The notes: generated by a model from the sequence alone, not told the origin. Shown: positions 36,732-44,544, counted from the stretch's first letter. The stretch is DNA of 64,000 bases from a virus (IMGVR_UViG_3300045988_083295:1409-65408), one strand, 5' to 3'. Made by a program: numbers and translations.

Positions 36732-36832
36732 TACAAGCAATTAACACATATCACATATTGTATACACTTTGTTGTTCCCGATTTTTGCGGTGTCAAGCAA
36801 TGGTGCCTGACACGACTTAAAACCATACAACT

Positions 36833-37657
36833 ATGGAAGGAATTGAAAAAGTTATCTGTTGCGACAGAGGTTCCAATGATGCATTGGCCTACGCAGCAAT
36901 GGCCAACAAGCAAGATCCGATGGCCATGATGGCCGCAATGAATGGCGGCATGAACTCTTGGAACAACAGTCCTTGGATGTACCTTATCTTCCTTGCACTC
37001 TTCGGTGGCAATGGATTCGGCTTCGGCAATAGGGGTGGACTTCAGAATGCAGAGATTCAGAATCAGATTGCTTCCCTCCGTTCACAGATGGCCGACAACC
37101 ACAATGCCGACCTGATGATGTCTGCAATCAAGGGGAATAACGATGCTCTTACCACGTTGGGTGCCAACCTTAATTGCGACTTCAACCAGTTGCAGCAGGG
37201 TGTGTGCGCCATACGTTCAGCCATTGAGCAGGTGGGCGGTCAGGTAGGCTTCAGTGCAGAACGCGTGATCAATGCAGTAGAGAAGGGTGATGCCAATGTC
37301 ATTCAGGCCATTCAGAACTGTTGCTGCCAGACCCAGCAGAACATCATCCGCATGGGATACGAGAATCAGCTTGGCCAGAAGGATATCGTGAACGGTATGC
37401 AGCAAGGATTCTCCTATACAAACACGGGAATGGAACGTGGATTCTCCAATGTCGGATTCCAGATGTCACAGATGGCATGTGACCTGAAAACCAACGCCAA
37501 TGCCAACACGCAGAGAATCGTTGACGTGTTGAACCAGCATTGGAACTCCGACCTGCAGCAGCGTTACAACGATGCCAGGCTTGAGCTTTCACAGCAGAGG
37601 CAGAATGCTGCACTCATCGCTGCACTTGGCACGAAGACCACGACTGCTACCACTTAA
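36833..37657 (+). CDS. Membrane-anchored Q/N-rich protein
   Basis: TM helix WMYLIFLALFGG, then a Gly-rich stretch and a long Q/N-rich helical part with a CCC motif. Confidence 0.6.
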   Translation: MEGIEKVICCDRGSNDALAYAAMANKQDPMAMMAAMNGGMNSWNNSPWMYLIFLALFGGNGFGFGNRGGLQNAEIQNQIASLRSQMADNHNADLMMSAIKGNNDALTTLGANLNCDFNQLQQGVCAIRSAIEQVGGQVGFSAERVINAVEKGDANVIQAIQNCCCQTQQNIIRMGYENQLGQKDIVNGMQQGFSYTNTGMERGFSNVGFQMSQMACDLKTNANANTQRIVDVLNQHWNSDLQQRYNDARLELSQQRQNAALIAALGTKTTTATT

Positions 37658-37675
37658 TGTTGGTGCGAAGATTTG

Positions 37676-37708
37676 AATGTTGGACGCAATATAGTTTGCG
37701 TCCAACAT
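37676..37708 (+). terminator. 14-bp perfect hairpin (terminator/processing-site-like, no U tract)
   Basis: AATGTTGGACGCAA / TTGCGTCCAACATT with a 5-nt loop. Confidence 0.45.
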
Positions 37709-37736
37709 TATATTAACAACGCTAAAGATATACATT

Positions 37737-38225
37737 ATGCTATTCAAGGATATGAAGCAAGGTTACACTGTTTACTTCCTTGACAAGGAGTCAGTGAGAG
37801 GCTATCAAGGTAAGGTCGTCAGTGTGGCCGTACCTCGATACGATGCGCCTATCTTCGGCCAGCAATCGCAGCCTAGTGGTATGGTCGTGGACGTAACGAT
37901 CGAGGCAGAAGGAGCGACAAGGACGTACACCATACCTGAATCTTCGTCCGTTGCCTATGCAGGCACGTTGGTTATCTCTACGGATAGAGATGGTGTGGTG
38001 CGTGAAGCAGAATCAATCAAGGCCGCAGCTCAGGATGCTCTATCCAAGGTTGAGCATTATCGTGATGCCGTGGACAAGTGTGATGCTCTTCTGGAAGAAT
38101 GGAATCCTGCACTTGCCGAGAAGCGAGAACAAGAGAGGCGCATTGGCGGCATAGAGAATGAAGTGAAGAACCTCGGCACGTTGGTGCGTGAATTTATCAG
38201 CAACTTTAACAAGAGTCAATCATGA
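37737..38225 (+). CDS. Hypothetical protein
   Basis: ORF track, ATG start. Confidence 0.6.
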   Translation: MLFKDMKQGYTVYFLDKESVRGYQGKVVSVAVPRYDAPIFGQQSQPSGMVVDVTIEAEGATRTYTIPESSSVAYAGTLVISTDRDGVVREAESIKAAAQDALSKVEHYRDAVDKCDALLEEWNPALAEKREQERRIGGIENEVKNLGTLVREFISNFNKSQS

Positions 38226-38584
38226 GACAATACTATATATACAAGCCGGGCGAGCATGCCAATCGTCATGTTCGGCATTATGACCATGATGTAGCCGTGC
38301 AGATAGTTGATGATATCAGCTATACTGACAGACAAGGAATGAAGCACCAAGGTGCTCATTGGACTTCTGAAGAATGCCAGCAATATGCTTCAAGCATGGG
38401 ATTGTCATTCCCTGCTGGGACTACCGAATGGGACGTGTATGTGGCGTTCAATTCATTCTACGCTGACACCAACAAGGTTCTGAGCGATACGGATATCATC
38501 CGCGCAGCTCATTCGTTTTACTTTGCTGACGAGGATGCTCCAGATATGAAGCTGCAACATTACATGCTTGCCATGCACGATTAG
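38222..38584 (+). CDS. Hypothetical protein (last gene of the late block)
   Basis: ORF track, 4-nt overlap with the upstream gene. Confidence 0.6.
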   Translation: MRQYYIYKPGEHANRHVRHYDHDVAVQIVDDISYTDRQGMKHQGAHWTSEECQQYASSMGLSFPAGTTEWDVYVAFNSFYADTNKVLSDTDIIRAAHSFYFADEDAPDMKLQHYMLAMHD

Positions 38585-38614
38585 AATTATAAACTCAAGT
38601 TTTCTGATTTAGAA

Positions 38615-38696
38615 TACGTGCATAAAAAAACTCCCAACACTGTTGTGTCGGGAGTCTAAGCCCATGATGGGGCTTGGCGTTAAATAATAGTACTAG
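38615..38696 (-). repeat. Copy A of an ~80-bp structured 3' module (inverted partner at 62948-63026)
   Basis: The reverse complement aligns with 62948-63026 at roughly 85-90% identity by eye. It comprises TAGTACTATTATTTAACG, a small hairpin, a terminator hairpin and a T run. Confidence 0.85.
38624..38654 (-). terminator. Rho-independent terminator of hicAB (minus strand)
   Basis: On the minus strand: CTCCCGACA / TGTTGGGAG stem, followed by TTTTTTT. Confidence 0.8.
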
Positions 38697-38699
38697 GTG

Positions 38700-39119
38700 C
38701 TATCTTATAATGGATAGATATTCACCAATATGGCGAATACCTTCTAATATTCGAATATGTTGTTTCTCTCTTGGCTTTTTCAATCCAGTTGCGTAGTGGT
38801 TGAGCAAAGCCGGATTGATACCAGTTACCCTAGATATAGCTATCAGGGTTGTATATTTCTCAGCCTTGCGAATCAGAGCGGCAGTGCTTAATGTTTCAAC
38901 GAAAGCATAATCACCATCCACCAACCATTTAGGCAAGTGTTCGCCATCTTCCAATAATCCTTCCACATGAGAGGATATGGCCTCACGTAGATTAGAGATA
39001 AGCTCTTCATAAGTCCTGCCAGTAGCAATGACCATACCGCACAAACGATCATCCTCTGTGACGGCAGAGAAGTTCTTATCACACCAATCTATAATAATCT
39101 TGATATTCTCCATTTTCAT
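38700..39119 (-). CDS. hicB: HicB-family antitoxin
   Basis: N-terminal HicB-fold segment (FSAVTEDDRLCGMVIATGRTYEELISNLREAISSHVE) plus a C-terminal HTH-like part. Lies directly downstream of hicA. Confidence 0.8.
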   Translation of the reverse strand: MKMENIKIIIDWCDKNFSAVTEDDRLCGMVIATGRTYEELISNLREAISSHVEGLLEDGEHLPKWLVDGDYAFVETLSTAALIRKAEKYTTLIAISRVTGINPALLNHYATGLKKPREKQHIRILEGIRHIGEYLSIIR

Positions 39120-39161
39120 TAAGGGTTAAAGATATGGGCGCAAACACACCCATATCTTAGT

Positions 39162-39362
39162 TTACTTGTTCCAACCAGCTTGTTTCCAAATGCTGTGGGT
39201 TAGTTCTTCTCCCAAGGTATCGCTTAATTTGCCGTTAACGGTTACGCGACCCTTCTTCGTCTCATGCTTGAACTGACGATGTGATGTCCCTGTTCTTTTG
39301 CATAGATACCAGCCATCGTCTAACAACAGCTTGATAATTTCTTTTACCTTGTATTTTCTCAC
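39162..39362 (-). CDS. hicA: HicA-family mRNA interferase toxin
   Basis: 66 aa. KEIIKLLLDDGWYLCKRTGTSHRQFKHETKKGRVTV is the classic HicA signature. GTG start. Confidence 0.85.
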   Translation of the reverse strand: MRKYKVKEIIKLLLDDGWYLCKRTGTSHRQFKHETKKGRVTVNGKLSDTLGEELTHSIWKQAGWNK

Positions 39363-39387
39363 ATAGCGAAACTATTATTTAACGCTG

Positions 39388-39395
39388 CAAAGGTA
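39388..39395 (-). promoter_or_regulatory. -7 box TACCTTTG for hicAB
   Basis: TAnnTTTG match 25 nt upstream of the hicA start. Confidence 0.55.
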
Positions 39396-39511
39396 AGTAT
39401 TTATTTACTTCCAACCAAGAAAATATTCATAAAAGTATTGAAATATTTACCATATAAGATAATGGACGTAATAAGGGTGCTTGAATCCTTGCGGACGTTG
39501 TTTTAAATTCG

Positions 39512-39519
39512 TATCTTTG
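39512..39519 (+). promoter_or_regulatory. -7 box TATCTTTG, divergent from the hicAB promoter
   Basis: TAnnTTTG match. The shared TTTGCAGCG forms a 10-bp inverted repeat with the hicAB promoter region. Confidence 0.45.
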
Positions 39520-39525
39520 CAGCGT

Positions 39526-39626
39526 TTGTTGGTTCGGCATTCTCATCACGTTGAACAACATATTCTTCGTTTCCTTCCGCGTAAGCAGAGGGGGAATCCC
39601 ACGCCTTGTCAGCGTGGGGTTTTTTG
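39526..39626 (+). ncRNA. Candidate ~100-nt small RNA, convergent with the integrase 3' end
   Basis: A promoter-like box and an intrinsic terminator bracket a ~100-nt stretch containing no ATG. Confidence 0.35.
39598..39626 (+). terminator. Rho-independent terminator
   Basis: CCCACGC / GCGTGGG stem, followed by GTTTTTTG. It abuts the integrase stop codon. Confidence 0.75.
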
Positions 39627-39629
39627 TTT

Positions 39630-40838
39630 CTAATAACTACCCTCGCCAAATACATATTCTATCAGAGTCTTGTTGGCTTCATTGATCGCTGAGTAATCTT
39701 TCTTGACGTAAAGATTCGTTACCCTCATGGACTCGTCTATGTGGCACAACATGTCGTTGACTATATATATAGGTATCCTCACGTCATTGACCGAGATGGT
39801 GGCCATCGAATGGCGAGCAGAGTAAAATTGCAATCTGTCCACACCGATTTCCTCCCCAACCTTCTTCAAGCCGTAACTTAGGGCATCGTTGAAGGTTTTG
39901 GATGTTGAATAACGGTCAGCGAAGTTCAATACATTCTCTCCGTCAGACTTGCTCAAGTACTCATCCAGTATAGGCTTGATGATAGCAGGAACGTGAACGA
40001 CCATCTTTGCGCCATCACTTCTTCTGTCGCGTGTTTTCGTCCGGTAATAGGTGATGGTCTTGCCGTCATAGTCGGTGAGATTGTATAGGTCTATGGCGTT
40101 AATGCCCATCAGACAAAACGATATAAGGAAACAGTCGCGTGCCTGGTCGAACAGACCTTTGTCTCCATGTCGGGGAAGGTTCATGATTCTTCGGATCACG
40201 TCAACTTCTACTGCACGCTTTTCGGCCACATTCTGTTTAGGCAGTTTGAAGCCCGACAAGGACTCCTTGATTCGGATCACGTTGTTGTCGTAGTCGTTGT
40301 AATAGTTCCTCGCATCGTTGAATATCTTGACAATGGCGTTGGTATATAGAGATTTAGCACGTTTCTTGTCACCGAGATATTTGACGTAGTCGTTCATACG
40401 TGAGACGGTTATTTCGTTCATGAGAATCTTTCTGCCTCCGTGGAAGCGGATAAACGAACGGACAGCCGACCGATAATTGAGTATGCCCTTCTTACTCTCA
40501 TTCTCAGAGAGCCATCTGGAACAATAGTCGGTGAAGTATATGCCAGTAGACTCATCCTTCATCTTCAATCGTTCTACGATTCTATCGAATGGTATGTCGT
40601 TTAACTCCAGCATAAGCGTGTTGAGTTTCCTTCTATACTCTCTGATAAGGTCGTCGCCTCTGTCTAGAATCTGCTGGTTCTTAATCTTGAATGAGGCAGT
40701 TAGGTCTTTCTTCATCTGCGCGATCATAGTAGTCGGCAGATAAGTGACATGCTTGCCATGTGTGTAGCGAACGTACACAGTAAAAGTACCGTCCGCTCTC
40801 ATTCTGTCCTTGCGGACGAGCAATTTAAAATTGTCCAT
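39630..40838 (-). CDS. int: Tyrosine site-specific integrase (Bacteroidota phage-integrase type)
   Basis: 402 aa. YYRTKTRDR (box I Arg), YSARHSMAT (H-x-x-R region), MLCH and a C-terminal Tyr in NLYVKKDY. N-terminal arm-binding/SAM-like region. Confidence 0.85.
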   Translation of the reverse strand: MDNFKLLVRKDRMRADGTFTVYVRYTHGKHVTYLPTTMIAQMKKDLTASFKIKNQQILDRGDDLIREYRRKLNTLMLELNDIPFDRIVERLKMKDESTGIYFTDYCSRWLSENESKKGILNYRSAVRSFIRFHGGRKILMNEITVSRMNDYVKYLGDKKRAKSLYTNAIVKIFNDARNYYNDYDNNVIRIKESLSGFKLPKQNVAEKRAVEVDVIRRIMNLPRHGDKGLFDQARDCFLISFCLMGINAIDLYNLTDYDGKTITYYRTKTRDRRSDGAKMVVHVPAIIKPILDEYLSKSDGENVLNFADRYSTSKTFNDALSYGLKKVGEEIGVDRLQFYSARHSMATISVNDVRIPIYIVNDMLCHIDESMRVTNLYVKKDYSAINEANKTLIEYVFGEGSY

Positions 40839-40856
40839 AATTCTTCGTTTTGAGTG

Positions 40857-41183
40857 TTTGGAAAACTATTGGAAAAATTTGTGGCAAACCTTTGTTGGTT
40901 ACTTGTGGTATATTTCGTCTACAAGTTTCCCTCATTCGTTTTTTAGCGTTACAGAAATGTATAGCTAAACGCTTGATTATCAGCTTGAGTACCAGCTTTA
41001 TCTCTGAGAATCAACCTTTATTTTTTATGTAGTTCAGCAGGGGGGGAGAACCCTAGGCTATCAGATTGCGATGCTATCGTTATCTATACATAAGCCGTTG
41101 ATAATCAGCCTTGTTTGTTTGGTTTACCTGTAAATTGGAAAAATAGTGGAAAAATTTGGGTTGAATGCTTGTGGATTTTTAGT
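40857..41183. promoter_or_regulatory. Candidate attP / integrase arm-site region
   Basis: Two ~50-bp direct repeats (40866-40917 and 41131-41183) each carry (T/G)TGGAAAA(A/C)T twice plus CTTGTGG. An inner direct repeat TTGAT(T/A)ATCAGC lies at 40973 and 41098. Confidence 0.4.
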
Positions 41184-41247
41184 CTAACATCTATGCCTTG
41201 TTGACGATGATTCCCATAATGGTTGCGTGTGCAAGGTTCGCGTTAGT

Positions 41248-41928
41248 TTAGAAGTCGGAATCTTCTTGAATAAAATCGGCTATTGGATCGTATGATAAAA
41301 TCAAGTACAATCGCTCAACATTGTCTTTCCCTTTTGCTCGCGTGAGTGTTATGTCACCGTACATAGTTACGCCATTTTCCTCCTCGCCTATGAATTCATA
41401 GCATTTATAGCCTAAACTGTTCTTATATCCAAATATCTGATATTTATTCTCAAGTTTATTCTTTAGATACTCTCTGCTACGCTTCATCGGTTCCGCTTCA
41501 CTTACAGGCTTCCATTTCTGAAATTCCGCTCTATAAAATCTCGCAACACCATCAACCCATTGAAAATACAAAGTACCACAGTCAAATGAAAAATCGCCCA
41601 TTTCAAAATTGAACAATGTGAGATTTCCGCTATCTTCAGACAATTGATAGCCGTAACGCTCTCGTAGCGCATTCTTTGCATTTGAATAACTCTCACCAAC
41701 TTTTATCCCAAGCACAGATTGGGCAAATGTCGAAACTGCAAAAGCAGTCATCATTACTGTCAACAATAGAAATCTTTTCATTTTCTCCCCTGGTTTACTA
41801 CGACGTACATTGCCTATATAATTTGACAACGTAGCTCTTTCAGTACCTATAGCCTTAGCAAAAGCTGCTTTATCACCATTAAAGCGTTCATTTACAAGCA
41901 TTTCAATACGGTCATTAATTGTTTCCAT
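41248..41928 (-). CDS. XRE-type HTH fused to a TM/signal segment and an extracytoplasmic domain
   Basis: N-terminal HTH (DKAAFAKAIGTERATLSNYIGN), followed in frame by MKRFLLLTVMMTAFAVSTFAQ and a ~155-aa domain. Confidence 0.6.
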   Translation of the reverse strand: METINDRIEMLVNERFNGDKAAFAKAIGTERATLSNYIGNVRRSKPGEKMKRFLLLTVMMTAFAVSTFAQSVLGIKVGESYSNAKNALRERYGYQLSEDSGNLTLFNFEMGDFSFDCGTLYFQWVDGVARFYRAEFQKWKPVSEAEPMKRSREYLKNKLENKYQIFGYKNSLGYKCYEFIGEEENGVTMYGDITLTRAKGKDNVERLYLILSYDPIADFIQEDSDF

Positions 41929-42008
41929 ATCTTATTTTTTAATTCGTTAATTCTATCTTTTAAATCATCTTTAGTCACCCACCTTGCGATGGGTGACTAA
42001 TTGTATCA

Positions 42009-42794
42009 CTATATGCACGTTCGGATCAATCCCATTACCCGATACAGTCTGATGACATCGTACTTGGGTACGTGGAAGGAGACGTAACGTGATTGGTTGT
42101 TCGTACTTTGACATTCGTATTCGTTGCCCCTGTCTATCAGAATTCTAATGAACAATCCGTGGTTCTTTGTATCCATCGCGTATATGTTACCGTTGAGGAT
42201 ATAAGTGTCTTTGGACAGCGCGCTGATGGCAACCTTGTCCCCTACCTTGAAGTCTGGGAGCATCGACTCATCTTGCACTTCCATGTACATCTGATATTCA
42301 GAGAATCCCGAAAAATAGGGTATCAATTCAACTCCTACTTGCTTCTTGTTTACTATTGACTCATACACATCTGTGTTTGTTTTTTTATAGAGGTTCATGG
42401 GGATGAGAGGCCGCACCTTGCTTCCTGCATCCTCAATCTCCATAGGTTCAATTCGCCTCTCTGCATAATTATTATGATTGACATTCGTGGCGAACATGGT
42501 TGCGCCGGGCGAATATAAGTTGCGTTGTTCCACGCTCGCCCCAACCGCAGGTATCTTCACCTGCCTCTCTTGTTGTGGACAAAGCATTTCTCCTTCGCCA
42601 GTTATTACCCAATTCATGTTTAGCTGCGGGTTAGCTGCTTCTATTTTGGATAATGTTTTCTTCGTTATATTCTGTTTTCCTTTTAGCATTCGTGCAAAAT
42701 TAGCCGGATCTACACCTGCATTTTTGGCGAATGCGTTTACACTACTTTCTATCGTATAGATGTACTTAATGAGGTTATCTGCTATACTAGACAT
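42009..42794 (-). CDS. CI/LexA-like repressor (HTH plus S24 peptidase domain)
   Basis: N-terminal HTH (VNAFAKNAGVDPANFARMLKGKQNI). The C-terminal QDESMLPDFKVGDKVAI resembles the S24 G-D-S-M catalytic Ser motif. Confidence 0.75.
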   Translation of the reverse strand: MSSIADNLIKYIYTIESSVNAFAKNAGVDPANFARMLKGKQNITKKTLSKIEAANPQLNMNWVITGEGEMLCPQQERQVKIPAVGASVEQRNLYSPGATMFATNVNHNNYAERRIEPMEIEDAGSKVRPLIPMNLYKKTNTDVYESIVNKKQVGVELIPYFSGFSEYQMYMEVQDESMLPDFKVGDKVAISALSKDTYILNGNIYAMDTKNHGLFIRILIDRGNEYECQSTNNQSRYVSFHVPKYDVIRLYRVMGLIRTCI

Positions 42795-42828
42795 AACAAA
42801 TCAGTTTAATATAGGTTAATAGTCAAAT

Positions 42829-42861
42829 TACACGTGTAGAAAGTTTGGTTTTACACGTGTA
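42829..42861. promoter_or_regulatory. Two copies of the perfect palindrome TACACGTGTA (operator candidates)
   Basis: 42829-42838 and 42852-42861, 23 bp centre to centre, upstream of the repressor gene. Confidence 0.55.
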
Positions 42862-42867
42862 TTGCCA

Positions 42868-42903
42868 TACTTTTGCATCAGAAATCAATCGGACATTGTC
42901 CGA
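42868..42903 (+). promoter_or_regulatory. Promoter/operator unit: TACTTTTG -7 box plus palindrome TCGGACATTGTCCGA
   Basis: The 25-bp stretch GAAATCAATCGGACATTGTCCGAAA is identical to 44585-44609, with the same 13-nt spacing from the -7 box. Confidence 0.6.
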
Positions 42904-42997
42904 AACTAACTCACCCGTTAGGTTCAGAAGTTTTCTTCAGTTCTTCGGCAACGGCCTTTACGAGTGATTCAACCGAGAGTTGTCCGCTCAAGGTTGT

Positions 42998-43022
42998 AAA
43001 AAACAAAGGTACGAAAACCTTT
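42998..43022 (-). terminator. Weak terminator of the minus-strand immunity operon
   Basis: On the minus strand: AAAGGT-TTTCGT-ACCTTT, followed by GTTTTTT. Confidence 0.4.
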
Positions 43023-43110
43023 GGGAAGTTACACGTTTCACACGCTAAAAATATGGTGAAGAATCGTTTCCGAAGATACGTGACGAGTTTCTCTGTTGAG
43101 GCTAGTCACT

Positions 43111-43581
43111 TCAGTGGGAGTTATCAGAGGTCTTATTCTTCTTATCGACTCTGCTTGCCATCACCAAAAGGCATACCAGAAAGAAAAGTAGAGCAATACC
43201 TGCAATGCAACGCGCGAGAACTGGTGCGTTGTCAGCAAGAATTGCAGAACCTAGGAAGCCAGATAAAGTCGAATACACAATCAGTAGATATCGCATTTTC
43301 GCCTCTTCTGTTTGTCGTTTATCTTCTTTCTGGTGTCTTGATTGGTGCTCTGCTCGCCTTGTATATCCTCCTTCCTTGAGAAAGGATTCTGCTAGTGGTG
43401 TGGCTTCTGCGTGAAGCACATCTCTAGAAGGAAAGTCTATACTGTCGATTTTGACATAGCCGTCATTGGCAAGTATGCGAATCAGGTCGGAATTGGCAGC
43501 AAAGGTGTCTTCCATAATCCATCTGCGGAGATATATTTCCCTTAGGGCATTGTCTTTTTGTTCAGGTGTAAATTGGTTCAT
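43111..43581 (-). CDS. Small C-terminally membrane-anchored protein
   Basis: Soluble N-terminal domain (ILANDGYVKID...), a charged linker and two hydrophobic helices. Confidence 0.6.
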   Translation of the reverse strand: MNQFTPEQKDNALREIYLRRWIMEDTFAANSDLIRILANDGYVKIDSIDFPSRDVLHAEATPLAESFLKEGGYTRRAEHQSRHQKEDKRQTEEAKMRYLLIVYSTLSGFLGSAILADNAPVLARCIAGIALLFFLVCLLVMASRVDKKNKTSDNSH

Positions 43582-43868
43582 TGATTAAAAATTAGGAAGT
43601 AACATGAAGAAGAGATTATTCGTATCGGTGTTAAAGCCTTACTTCGCCAAGATCGTTCTTGAAGATGGAAGTATGCGAACGCCTACTCCATGGGAGATGG
43701 CTAAGGGGGTATGTATCATCTATTCCCAGTATCTCCTCGACTTCTGGGCTTGCGTTAAAATGTGGTGGACATGTTCCATCAAGGCTCGCTTCAGGAAAGA
43801 TGGCTCCTGCGAGATGCCTTCCTCTGCTCGCGATGTCCAACTGCTTAAAAGACGTGAGAGTATGCGAA

Positions 43869-44210
43869 TTATGCTATTGATGCAACAAGTGACATTAGTG
43901 ACACAAGCAGTGTCAGCACTGCTGCTATCGCTGTCATCGTTTGTCTTATGCATTCTATGCGTTTCCGTTTAAGTTCGGTGAAGCCTCCACAACAGAAGTG
44001 TCGGTATCCAGTGTGAGTGATTCGGATTGAGGGTTGTTGTTCAGTTCCTCCATTGGAGTAGAAGACAAATCCTTCTTCAATGAGGTAGTTCAACTCTGGG
44101 GCTATTTCTTGAATTTGCTCACTATCGCTGATTGAGTTGTTGATGATTCGGCCAAGAATGTCATCAAGATGCTCAGCATTAAATTCGGGTTTCTTTCTCA
44201 TACACTTCAT
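43869..44210 (-). CDS. Small C-terminally membrane-anchored protein
   Basis: Same architecture as 43111-43581 (LIEEGFVFY..., a basic linker, then TM AIAAVLTLLVSLMSLVASIA). Confidence 0.6.
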   Translation of the reverse strand: MKCMRKKPEFNAEHLDDILGRIINNSISDSEQIQEIAPELNYLIEEGFVFYSNGGTEQQPSIRITHTGYRHFCCGGFTELKRKRIECIRQTMTAIAAVLTLLVSLMSLVASIA

Positions 44211-44500
44211 ACCTTCCGCTTCTTGTGGACTTCATCGAACAATTTGAAGACGAGTTCTTCAATGTGGCTTGGCTGGCAGGTCGTTGGCATATCCTTCTTG
44301 AGCATTGGTCCTTCTCCCGAGAGGAGCCAATCTCCTGAGATTCCTTCGCACTTCGTGTAGATTAACTCTGCATCGAATGTCTCGCGAGATGCCCATGTAC
44401 TCACAGTTTGAGGCGACACTTCAAGCAACTTCGCAAATTGCGCTTTATTACCATCGGTAAAATGCTGAATAAGAGATAGTAACATTTCCTTCTTGTTCAT
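44207..44500 (-). CDS. CI-type HTH regulator (short)
   Basis: GNKAQFAKLLEVSPQTVSTWASRE is an HTH. The GDWLLSGEGPM tail is typical of Bacteroidota phage CI-repressor-like HTH proteins. Confidence 0.7.
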   Translation of the reverse strand: MNKKEMLLSLIQHFTDGNKAQFAKLLEVSPQTVSTWASRETFDAELIYTKCEGISGDWLLSGEGPMLKKDMPTTCQPSHIEELVFKLFDEVHKKRKV

Positions 44501-44523
44501 AATGCGTATAATTGATTAAAGAT

Positions 44524-44544
44524 TTGAGGATAAATAATCCTCAA
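44524..44544. promoter_or_regulatory. 21-bp palindrome TTGAGGA-TAAATAA-TCCTCAA between divergent promoters
   Basis: Perfect 7-bp arms, located between the minus-strand HTH gene start and the rightward early promoter. Confidence 0.45.

Noticed and set aside
42873-43379. Plus-strand 168-aa ORF downstream of the 42868 promoter
   Set aside because: It starts at a TTG inside the promoter/operator and reads through the operator palindrome (KSIGHCPK, which also appears in ORF 44512 for the same reason). It is antisense to the more protein-like minus-strand ORF 43111-43581.
43604-43972. Plus-strand 122-aa ORF in the gap between the two membrane-protein genes
   Set aside because: Cys/Trp-rich, atypical composition. 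Its 3' third is simply the antisense of the TM segment of 43869-44210. Kept only as a note in a finding.
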